From: the human T2T-CHM13v2.0 reference genome, Homo sapiens | Direction: 5' to 3' (one strand) | Length of the DNA stretch: 64,000 nt | Assembly (NCBI RefSeq): GCF_009914755.1 | Contig: NC_060935.1 | In this document: positions 51,160-64,000 of the stretch, piece after piece | Layout of the letters: every line of letters starts with the position of its first letter | How positions within the stretch are numbered: the first letter of the stretch is position 1 | Program-made: the position numbers and the translations under genes | Notes under the pieces: generated by a model | Seen by the model: the letters and a program-made list of their open reading frames with translations, nothing else | Databases searched by the model: none | Told to the model about the DNA's origin: nothing

Positions 51160-52140
51160 CACTTATTAATTAGTTTAACAAATACTTTAGTACCCCTTCT
51201 GGGCCTGGCACTGAGTCAGGCCCTGAAATCAGGGGTGAGCAAGCAGACTTGTGGCTCTGACGGAATGAAAATCTGCGACTGCACTCTGATTAAATGTTCT
51301 TGTCCCGGGTTACTCACAAGCCCACACTTGTATTTGTTTTCTTCCTATTCATGTTAAAATTTCCTTCTACATCAGTCTGGTTCTTAGATAATCTATTTTA
51401 ACATTGGTTGTCTGTCAACCAAGTTTCTTCAAAAAAATTTCGTTGGGAAAATGGAACTAATAGGGTATGGTTTAATTTCCCAAACCTCAGTAGAAAATTA
51501 AACTGAATGTACCCTGATTATACTCCTGAGTTTATTTCTCTGGCTGATCTATAAACTCTGCTGAAAGGTAGAATTACTTACTTATGGATCAATAATAAAG
51601 TTCAAGAAAGATAGATGTTAATGAAATGGCTGAATATAAAACACTCTGGAAACCTCAATAATGTTGTAAATGTGAATAAAAATATCATATTTTGTGGCGA
51701 AGTCTATAAGCAAAAGGAATTGATACAGAGTGCATTTTTAGGTGATCGTTATAAGCTCTACATATTGCCAGACAGTGTTCAAAGTCAGTCAGTTCTTAGA
51801 AATATTCTCTCAGCATATTTTATTACTATTACAAAATAGAATTTTAAAATCCTTAAGAGAAATTATACCTTTGCCTCCCGTTGGATACTATTAAAGCATC
51901 CTGACATGGATGGGTCTTGAAAACGCCCGAAGTATTAAAAAGCCTTTGTGTATAAGTGAGGATATATTCAGACTGAGACTGATAAAGAAATGTGCATATC
52001 CCAATGAGGTGCGGCAGAGTGGTGCCAGGTCATTAATCCTTTCTCATTTCTTTGATTCCCAGTAACCTAAGCTCAGCTGTCCCCAAGAGCCTGTTCCAGA
52101 GCTAAAACCATGAGGAGTCCCAGGGATCACTGAGAGAGAC

Positions 52141-52601
52141 TGTCTTAATTTCAGTTCTCTAAAAGAAGACCCTGAGAAAATGGTTTGGGTATAAGTAGTT
52201 TATTTGGAAGGTGATTTCTGAAAGTACCAAAAGCGTAGTGGGCAAGTAAATCAGAGAATGGCACAAGGTCAGTAAAGTGGATGTTATCTAGTGGGTGGCC
52301 CCTGTGGACAACTGGGCTCAAGTCTACTGAGGACTTATGGGAGATAGGACAGACCATGCCTCAGGGTTACCCAACCAAACGATGAAAAAGTTGGCATTTT
52401 TTTTTTCTCTAACACTCCGACTGTCATTGATTTGATGACTGTTTGTAGGACAACAATTTTCTGGCACTTCTGGCTTATATGCAAGCCAAGCATGCTCTCT
52501 CAGCCATAAAAATAGGAATAGTCCTTAAGTAATTGCAGTAGGAAGGCTTCATCCTTTAGAGGTGAATTCTGAGGGGGATATGAACAGTAATGTCTGCTAT
52601 G
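52141..52601. mobile_element. Old LTR (MLT1/ERVL-MaLR type)
   Basis: TGTCTTA...AGACCCTGAGA...AAGTAGTTTATTTGGAAGGTGAT...TCTGCTA. Confidence 0.7.
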
Positions 52602-52629
52602 GAGGCATCATGTAGCTATTTGTTCAGTA

Positions 52630-52870
52630 AGGTATAATGGAAAAAGAATGGATTAGAGCTGGATAGACCTGGGTTTAAATCTTGATTTATTTGCTTATTA
52701 GCTATGTGACCTTGGTAAAAGTTTTAAACTCCTTTTGCCTCAGTTTCTTTGTTTATAAACAAAGACAGTGCCTGCATTAAAGGGTAGTTGTAAAGATTAA
52801 ATGGGACTATGGATACACAGGTTAACACAGAGTTAGGTACTCATTAGTGCCTAATTAATAGAAGCTTGTT
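52630..52870. mobile_element. MIR
   Basis: AGACCTGGGTTTAAATCTTG...CTTATTAGCTATGTGACCTTGG...GCCTCAGTTTC. Confidence 0.85.
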
Positions 52871-55718
52871 GTTTATTTATTAATATAGTAAATATTTAAT
52901 AAGTACCTACTAAGTTCCAGGTCTGTGGTAGATGTGAAAGACATAGAGGTGAATGAAAACTGTGTCAATCATGTAGGTTATGGTCCACTGCAGGAGATAT
53001 ACAATGGGTAAACACATTAATATTTAACCTGCTATTATTCTAAAGAGCATTTTTCGTGCCCTTAGCAGAAAAAAATACTACTACTCACCCATACCTCTCT
53101 ACACTTTTTAGGACACTTGTTTTTTTGTTTGTTTGTTTGTTTGTTTTCTGCTAGGCCCTCCCCTTACCTCTTGCTGGGGCTTGATGATGCCTCTCTGCTG
53201 CTCAAGGCCCCTCCAAAAGCCCACCCCTCACAGAGCAGTTCTTCAGCAATGTCCCTAAAGTAGAGTTCTCTCTACCCTCCCTTCTCTCAAAATATGTACA
53301 ATGGGATTTATTGTTTAGGAAAAAACTTTCAGCTTATTTATCCAACCAGAAAAGTTTGGAGATTCTAATTAAGGTGTCAATAGATGATACGAATTAATGC
53401 ATTACCTTCTCTACAGAATATTTTGTCTTTAGAATTTCATGTTAGTAGTAGGGGCTATTTTTTAATTTTTTAAACTTTAAAATGTTTTTTTTAATTTTTA
53501 ATTTCTGTGGGTATATAATCATTGTATATATTTATGAGACACATGAGATATTTTGATACAGAAATGTAATGTGTCATAACATCAGGGTAAATGGGGTATA
53601 TATCAACTCAAGCATTTATCTTTTGCGTTACAAAAAATCCAATTATGTTCTTTTAGTTATTTTAAAATGAATGATTAAAATATTATTGAATACATTTACC
53701 CTATTGTGTTCTCAAATACTAGGTCTTATCCATTTTTCCTATTTTTTGGTACCCTTTTACCATCCCCACCTCCTCCAAACCCTCCCACTACCCTTCACAG
53801 TCTCTGCTAACCATATTTCTACTCTCTATATCCCTGAGTTCATTTGTTTTAAATTTTAGCTGCCATAAATAAGTGAGAACATGTGAGGTTTGTTTTTATG
53901 TGTCTTGCTTATTTCACTTAATAGAATGACCTCCAGTTCCATCCATGTTTTTGCAAATGACAGAACCTCATTCTTTTTATGGTTAAATAGTACTCCACTG
54001 TGTATAAGTACCACATTTTCTTTATCCATACATCTATTGATGGATGCTTAGGTTGCTTCCAAATCTTGGCTATTGTGAATAGTGCTACAACAAACATGGG
54101 AGTGCAGATACCTTTTCAATATATTGATTTCCTTTCTTTGGGGTATATACCTAGTAGTGGGACTGCTGGTTCATATGATAGCTTTATTTTTACTTTTCTG
54201 AGAAACCTCCAAACTGTTCTCCATAGTGGTTGTACTAATTTCCATTCCCACCAACAGTGTCCACGAGTTTCCTTTCTCCACATCCTCATCAGTGTTTGTT
54301 ACTGCCTGTCTTGTGGATATAATCCATTTTAATTTGGGTGAGATGACATCTCTTTGTAGTTTTGATTTGCCTTTCTCTGAAGATCAGTGTGATGTTGAGG
54401 ACTTTTTCACAAACCGGTTTTGCCATTTGCATGCCTTCTTTTAATAAATGTCTACTCAGATGTTTTGCCAATTTTTAATCACATTATTAGATATTTTTCT
54501 ATAGAGTTGTTTGAACTCCTTATATGTTCTAATTATTAATCCCTTGTCAGATGAGTAGTTTGTGATCATTTCCTCCTATTTTATTGGTTGTCTCTTCACT
54601 TTGTTGATTGTTTCCTTTGCTGTGCAGAAGCTTTTTAACTTGATGGGAACCCATTTGTTTGTTTTTACTTTGATGCCTGAACTTGTGGGGTATTACTTAA
54701 TAAATCTTTACCTACTCCAATGTCCTGGAAATTTTCCAGGACGTTTTCTGATAGTAGTTTTGTAGTTTGAGGTCTTAGATGTCTTTAATCCATTTTAATT
54801 TGATTTTTGTGTATGGCAAGAGATAGGGCTCTAGTTTCATCCTTCTGCATATGGATATCTAGTTTTCCCAGCACCATTATTTATTGAAGAGACTACCTTT
54901 TAGTCAGTGTATTTTCTTGGAAACTTTGTCAAAAATGAGTTCACTCTAGGTGTGTGGATTTGTTACTGGGTTCTCTATTCTGTTCCATTGGTCTATGTAT
55001 CTGTTTTTATTCCAGTACCATGCTGTTTTGGTTATTATAGCTCAATAGTATAATTTGAAGTCAGGTAATGTGTTTCCTCCAGTTTTGTTCTTTTTGCTCA
55101 GGATAGCTTTGGCTATTCTGGGTCTTTTGTGGTTCCATATACATTTAGGATTTTTTTTTCTATTTCTGTGAAGAATGTCATTGGTATTTTGATAGAGATT
55201 TCATTGAATCTGTAGATTGCTTTGGGAGGTATGGACATTTTAATAATATTGATTCTTCCAATCCATGAACATAAAGTATCTCCACTTTTGTGTGTCCTCT
55301 TCAATTTCTTTCATCGGTGCTTTATAGTTATCATTATAGAGATCTTTCACTTCTTTGGTTGAGTTGATTCCTAGCTATTTAATTTTATTTTTGGCTATTG
55401 TAAATGGGATTACTTTTTTATTTCTTTTTCAGTTTGTTCTATATCTATTGCTGGATACAGAAATGCTACTGATTTTTGAATGTTGACTTTTTTATTATAT
55501 GTTAAGTTCTGGGGTACATGAGCACAGTGTGCAGGTTTGTTACACAGGTATACATGTGCTGTGTTGGTTTGCTGCAACCATCAACTCGTCATTTACACTA
55601 AGTATTTCTCCTAATACTATCCCTCCCCGAGCCCCGAGCCCCCTGACAGGCCCTGGTGTGTGATGATCCCCTCCCTGTGTCTATGTGTTCTCATTGTTCA
55701 ATTCCCACTTATGTGTGA

Positions 55719-56128
<410 letters not shown>

Positions 56129-56620
56129 TGAAAAGATCAGGAAAATCGATAGACTGCTAGCCAGACTAATAAAGAAGAAAAGAGACAAGAATCAAATAAA
56201 CGCAATAAAAAATGATAAACGGGATGTCACCACTGATCCCACAGAAATACAAACTACCATCAGAGAATACTATAAACATCTCTATGCAAATAAACTAGAA
56301 AATCTAGAAGAAATGAATAAATTCCTGGACACATACACCCTCCCAAGACTAAACCAGGAAAAAAAGTCGAATCTCTGAATAGACCGATAACAGGTTCTGA
56401 AATTGAGGCAATAATTAATAGCCTACCAACCAAAAAATGTCCAAGACCAGACGGATTCAGAGCTGAATTCTACCAAAGGTACAAAGAGGAGCTGGTACCA
56501 TTCCTCTGAAACTATTCCAATTAATAGAAAAAGAGGGAATCCTTCCTAACTCATTTTATGAGGACAGCATCATCTTGATACAAAAACTTGGCAGAGACAC
56601 ACACACAAAAGAAAATTTTA

Positions 56621-57087
<467 letters not shown>

Positions 57088-57219
57088 TCAATAAATGTAA
57101 TCCATCACATAAACAGAACCAACAACAAAAACCACATGATTTTCTCAATAGATGCAGAAAAGACCTTTGACAAAATTCAACAGCCCTTCATGCTAAAACC
57201 TCAGTAAACTAGGTATTGA

Positions 57220-57909
<690 letters not shown>

Positions 57910-57984
57910 GCCCTCAAAACCAAGACAATCGTGGGCAAGAAAAACAAAGCTGGAGGCATCACACTACCTGACTTCAAACTATAG

Positions 57985-58257
<273 letters not shown>

Positions 58258-58738
58258 TGACCTAAAACCATAAAAACCCTAGAAGAAAACCTAGCCAATA
58301 CCATTTAGGGCATAGGCATGGGCAAAGACTTCATGACTAAAACACCAAAGCAATGGCTACAAAAGCCAAAATAGACAAATGGGATCTATTTGAATGTTGA
58401 TTTTATATCCTGCAATTTTATTGAATCCATTTATCAATTCTAATAGTTTTTTTGGTGGAGTCTTTAGTTTTTCCCAAATATAAATTATATTATCTGTAAA
58501 CAACAATAACTTGATGTCTTTCTTTCCAATTTGGATGCCCTTCATATCTTTCTCTTGTCTGATTGTTGTATCTAGGACTTCCAGTACTCTGTTAAATAAC
58601 AGTGGTGAAAATGGGCATCCTTATTGTGTTCTAGAACTTACAGAAAAGGCTTTCAGGTTTTCCCCAGTCTTTTGATACTAACTTCAGGTCTGTCATATAT
58701 GGTTTTTATTATGCTGGGGTATGTTCCCTTTGTACTCA

Positions 58739-59025
58739 TTTTTTGTTATTTTGAGACAGGATCTTTCTCTGTCAGCCAGGCCCAAGTGCAGTGGTTCGTC
58801 ATGGCTCACTGCAGCCTCAACCTTCCACGCTCAGGTGATCATGCCACCTCCAACTGCTGAGTGGCTGAGACCACAGGCACGGGCTACCATGTCCAGCTAA
58901 TTTATTTTTATTTTTAATTTTTTGGTAGAAACTGGGTCTTGCCATGTTGCCCAGGCTGGTCTCAACCTCCTGTGCTCAAGCAGTCCTCTCACTTCAGCCT
59001 CCCAAAGTGCTGAGACTACAGGCAT
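58739..59025 (-). mobile_element. AluJ inserted in the old L1
   Basis: Antisense Alu with ATGGCTCACTGCAGCCTCAAC and GCTCAAGCAGTCCTC, slightly 5'-truncated. Confidence 0.9.
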
Positions 59026-62000
59026 ATACCCAGTTTTCTTAGGGTTTTTATTGTGAAGGGATGTTGGCTTTCATCCAATGCTTCTTTAGCATCAGTGGAA
59101 ATGATAATATGTTTTTTTTTTGTCTTTTATATCGCTGAGAGGATATACCACATTGCTGATTTGTGTATGTTGAACTGTCCTTGCCATTTGGAGTAAATCC
59201 CATTTGGTCATGATGAAAGATCTTTATAATATGTTGATGAATTCAGTTTGCTAATATTTTGTTGAGGATTTTTGCATCAATATTTGTCAGTGATATTGGC
59301 CTGTCGTTTTCTTTGCTTTCCTTTCTTTCTTTTTTTTTTTTTTTTGATGTGCCTTATTCTGGTTTAGGTATCAGGTAATACTGGCCTCGTAAGGTGAGTT
59401 TGGAAGTATTCCCTCCCCCTCTACTTTTTTGGAATAATTTCAGAAGGATTGGTATTAGTTCTTCTTTAAATATTTGATAGAAATCATTTCTGCTTTGATC
59501 TTTATTATTTCTTTTCTTCTCCTAATTTTGGATTTGGTTTGTTCTTGCTTTTCTAGTTCTTTAAGATGCTTTTTTAGGTTTTTTATTGAGAATTTTTCTT
59601 ATGATGTAGCAACTTTTAGTGATAAACGTTCCTCTTAGTACTGCTTTCATAGTATTTCATAGCTTTTGATATGTTGTAGTTCCCCTATCATTTGTTTCAA
59701 TAAATTTTTCAATTTACTTCTTATTCATTGACTCTCTGGTCATTCAGGAGCATATCATTTAATTTTCATGTGTTTGTATAATTTCCAAAATTTCTCTTGT
59801 TATTGATTTCTAATTTTATTTCATTGTGGTCAGAGAAGATGCTTGATATTATTTAATTTTTTGGAGCATTTAAAGGCTTGTTTTGTGACCTAACAGATGT
59901 TCTATCCTTGAGAATGATCCATGTGCTAAGGAGAAAAATGTGTATGTTTTCAGACATTGGATGAAATGTTCTGTAAGTAACTATTAGGTCCATTTGGTCT
60001 ATACTCCAGATTAAGTCCAATATTTCATTGTTAATTTTCTGTCTGGATGCCCTGTCCAATGCTGAAAGTGGATGTCAAAGTCTCCACCTATTATTGTACT
60101 GAGGTTTATCTCTTTCTTTAGCTCTAATAACATTCGTTTTATATATCTGGGTGCTCAAGTGTTGGGTATGTATATTTCTACCATTGTTATATCCTCTTGC
60201 TGAATTGATCCCTTTATCATTATATACTGACCTTGTTTGTCTCTCCTTATAGTTTTTGTCTTGAAATCTATTTTATCTGACATAAATATAGCTATTTCTG
60301 CTCTTTTTTGGTTTCCATTGGCATGGAATATATTTTTGCATCCCTTTATTTTCAGTCTATGTATATCTTTATAGGTGAAGTGTGTATCTTGTAGGCAACA
60401 GATCATTGGGTTGTTTTTAAATCCATTCAGCCACTCTGTGTCTTTTGATTACAGAGATTAATCAATTTACATTGAATGTTATTACAGATAAGTAAGGATT
60501 TATTTCTGCCATTTTGTTATTTGTTTTCTGGTTGTTCTGTGGTCTTTCTTTTCATCCTGTCTTCTTTATAATGAAGGTGATATTCTCTGTTGATATGTTT
60601 TAATTTCTTTTTCTGTATTTTTTGTGTATCTGTTATATTTTTTTATTTGAGCTTACCATGATGCTTGCAAATACTATCTCATAACCCATTATTTTGAAGT
60701 GATGACAACTTAACACTGATTGCCTAAACAAACTAACAAACAAGCAAAAAGAAGACTAATAAAACTTCTACACCTTAACTTCATTTTCCTGCTTTTTAAG
60801 TTTTTGTTGTTTCTATTTCTATATTCTTGCACTGTCTACATCTTAAAAAGTTGTTGTAGTTATTTTTGATTGGTCCATTTTTTGTCTTTCTACTTAAGAT
60901 ATGAGTAGTTTACATATCACATTACAGTGTTATAATATTCTGCTTGTCTCTGTATTTATTATTGCCAGTGAGTTTTGTACCTTCAGATGATTTTTTATTG
61001 TTCATTAACAATCTTTTATTTTAGATTGAATAACTCTCTTTAGCATTACTTGTAAGATAGGTCTGATGTTGATAAAACCCTCAGCTTTTGCTTTTCTTGG
61101 AAAGTCTTTATGTCCCCTTCATGTTTAAAGGATATGTTAGGCAGATATACTCTGCTAGGGTAAATTTTTTTTCCTTCTGCACTTTACATATGTCATGCCA
61201 CTTTCTCCTGGCCTGTAAGATTTCCACTGAAGAGTCTACTGCCAGACGTATTGGAGCTCCATTGTGTTATTTGTTTCCATTTTCTTGCTGCTTTTAGGAT
61301 TCTTTCTTTGTCCTTGGCATTTGTGAGTTTAATTATTATATGTCTTGAGGTGGTTTTATTTGGGTTAAATCTGCTTTGTGTTCTATAACCTTCTTGTACT
61401 TGAATATTAATATTTTTCTCTATGTTGGAGAGTTCTCTGTTACTATCTTTTTGAATAAACTCTCTACCCCTATTTCTTTATGCATCTCATCTTTAATGCC
61501 AATAACTCTTAGATTTGCCCCTTTGAGTCTGTTTTCTAGATCTTGTAGACATGCTTCATTGTTTTCTATTCTTTTTCCTTTTGTCTTCTCTGACTGTGTA
61601 TTTTCAAATAGCCTGTCTTCAAGCTCACTAACTCTTTTTTTCTGTGTGATCAATTCTGCTATTAAAAGACTCAATGGATTCTTCATTATGTCAATTGCAT
61701 TTCCACTCTAGAATTTCTGCTTAATCCTTTCTAATTATTTCAATCTCTTAGTTAAATTTATTTGATAGATTTCTGAATTACTTCTCTGTCTTATCTTGAA
61801 TTTCATTGTGTTTCCTCAAAACAGCTATTTTAATTCTCCATCTGAAAGGTCACATATCTCTGTTTCTCCAGGATTGGTCGCTGAGGCCTTGTTGAGATAG
61901 TTTTATCAGTCATGTTTTCCCGGATGGTCTTGTTGCTTGTGGATATTCATCAGCTTCTGAGCTTTGAGGAATTAGGTATTTATTATACTGTTCTTAGTAT

Positions 62001-64000
62001 GGGCTTTTTGTACCCATATTTCTTTGAAGGCTCTTTAGGTATTTGAAGGTATTTGGATGTTGTGATCTAATCCATATCTGCATTAGGGGAAACCTCAACC
62101 TTAGTAAGTCCGTGGTTCATGAAGACTCATAGAGGAGTCTTGGTGGTTTTGGCTAAGATCTAGGAGAATTCTTGAATTACCAGACAGAAACTCTTGTTCT
62201 GTTCCCTCACTTTCTCCCAAACGAAGTCCCTCTCTCTGTTCTGAGCCACGTGGAGTAGGGATTGGGTGACACAAACCTCCCTGTGGCCACCACCACTGGG
62301 ACAGTGCTGGGTCATTCCTGAACCCAGCACAGCACTATTTCTCACCCAAGACCTGCTGTGACCACTACCTGGTTACCATGTATGTTCACTGATGGCCCTA
62401 GGGCTCTACAATAAGCAGGTGGTGAAGCGAGCCAGGCTTATGTTCTTCCCTTCAGGGTGGTGATTTCCCCCAGGCTCTGGGCAAAGATGTCATCTGGGGG
62501 AGGGACTGGAATCAAAAACTTAAGAAACCTACCTAGTATTCTATACTACTCTGGCTAAGCTAACACTCAAACCACAATACAAAGTCCTTCCTGCTCTTCT
62601 GTCCCCTTCCCACAAGCAGAGAAACCATCCCCTGGGCCAACACCCCCACAGGCCATTGGGGAGTACTGTCAGGCTATCACTGAAGTTCACATAGGCATGA
62701 GGGTTCTTCAGTTAGATTGTAGTGAAGAATGCTGGGCCTGGGACACATTCTTCAGGGTAGTGGGCCCCCCTTTGGCCCAAGGCAGGTCCAGAAATGCCTT
62801 CCAAGTGTTGAGGCCTGAAATCCAGGTCCCCAAGAGGCTACTTGGTTCTCTACACCACTGTGACTGAACTGGTACCTAAAGTGCAAGACAAAGTCCCCTT
62901 TACTTTTCCCTGTGCTTTTCTAAAGCAGAAGGAATCTCGCCCCATAGCCACATCTGGAACTGTGCTGGGTCTCACCTGAAGCCAGTATGTCTCAGAGTCT
63001 CACTGAAGGCCCACAAGGTATTATTGGGATATCAATGCTGATTATTCAGAGCCCATGGGCTCTTCAGTCAGCAGGTGATGAATTCTGCCAGGATTGGATC
63101 TTTCCCTTCAAGGCAAGGAGTTTCCTTCTCACCCCATGTGTGTCTAGAAATGTTGTCTGGGAACTGGGGCCTGGAATGGGGGCCTCGTGACTCTGCCCTG
63201 TGTTCTATGCTATTGTGGCTGAGCTTGTATCCAAGATGAAAGACAAAGTCCTCTTTACTGTTCTCTCTCCTCTCCTCAAGCAGAAGAAGGAGTCGCTTTC
63301 ATTGCTGTGAACTGTACTAACTGGGGTGTGAGGAGGGGTGGTGCAGGCACTCCTTTAGCAACTCCAGCTGATGTCTCATTAGGTCATATGCTTGCCAAGT
63401 CCACTGGCTCCCAGCTGAGTACAGCTCTAGGGCTTGCCTATGAGTTGCAGTCCTTGTAGCCTAGACTCCCTTTCAAGTTTATTTACAACTCCAGAGCACT
63501 TTAGCTCATGGTGTCAAGGCTTGCCAAAGCTCAAGATCTGATTGCTGGGATGAGCCATTCCCCTTTGGCTGTGGCTGGTCTAAATGCTCCCTCGTGGACA
63601 GGCATTGGCCGAGTTCAGCCAGGTTTTTCTTTCCGCTGTTACAGGGCTGCCCTGAGTTCAATGCACAGTCCACAGGCATTGTGTTCTCCCTCCTCCAAAC
63701 CCTCAGAATCTCTTTTCATACCACCCAGTCACTGCCAGGAGATGGGGGAGAAGTGATATCAGTGATTCAAGACTGTTTTTCCTACCCTCTTCAGTGCCCT
63801 TTTCAGCAATATGAAGGTAAAACTGGGGCTACATTTTCTCAGCTGTTTTGGTTCTTATGAAGGTGCTTTTATGTGTAGACAGTTGTCAAATTTGTTGTTC
63901 ATGTTGGGGAGACAATTGGTGGAAGCTTCTATTTGGCCATCTCCTCTGCCCCTCTCATAGGAGACATTATACAAATAAAGAAACTGGAATTTCTAGAGGT

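Overview
Human (or very close hominid) genomic DNA, not microbial. The only protein-coding sequence I can support is exon 1 of PDGFD on the minus strand (7724-7847, MHRLIFVYTLICANFCSCRDTSATPQSASIKALRNANLRRD, ending at a GTAAG donor). It lies in a TATA-less CpG-island promoter. Positions 1-7723 are the start of intron 1, and 8.4-64 kb is AT-rich, repeat-dense upstream DNA. That upstream DNA holds a young 5'-truncated SVA with a perfect 13-bp TSD, a THE1 solo LTR oriented with PDGFD, several Alus, MIR/L2/MaLR/DNA-transposon relics and microsatellites. It also holds a near full-length old L1MA-type element carrying a nested, 5'-inverted L1PA that itself carries an AluY. The most notable unexplained structure is a ~187-bp, ~83%-identical direct repeat bracketing the PDGFD promoter and exon 1. 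Also notable are a 10-codon uORF with a better Kozak context than the PDGFD start and a splice-donor-bearing LTR pointing at the gene. I found no convincing new multi-gene system. Repeat subfamily names come from recalled consensus sequences and need RepeatMasker/Dfam confirmation.
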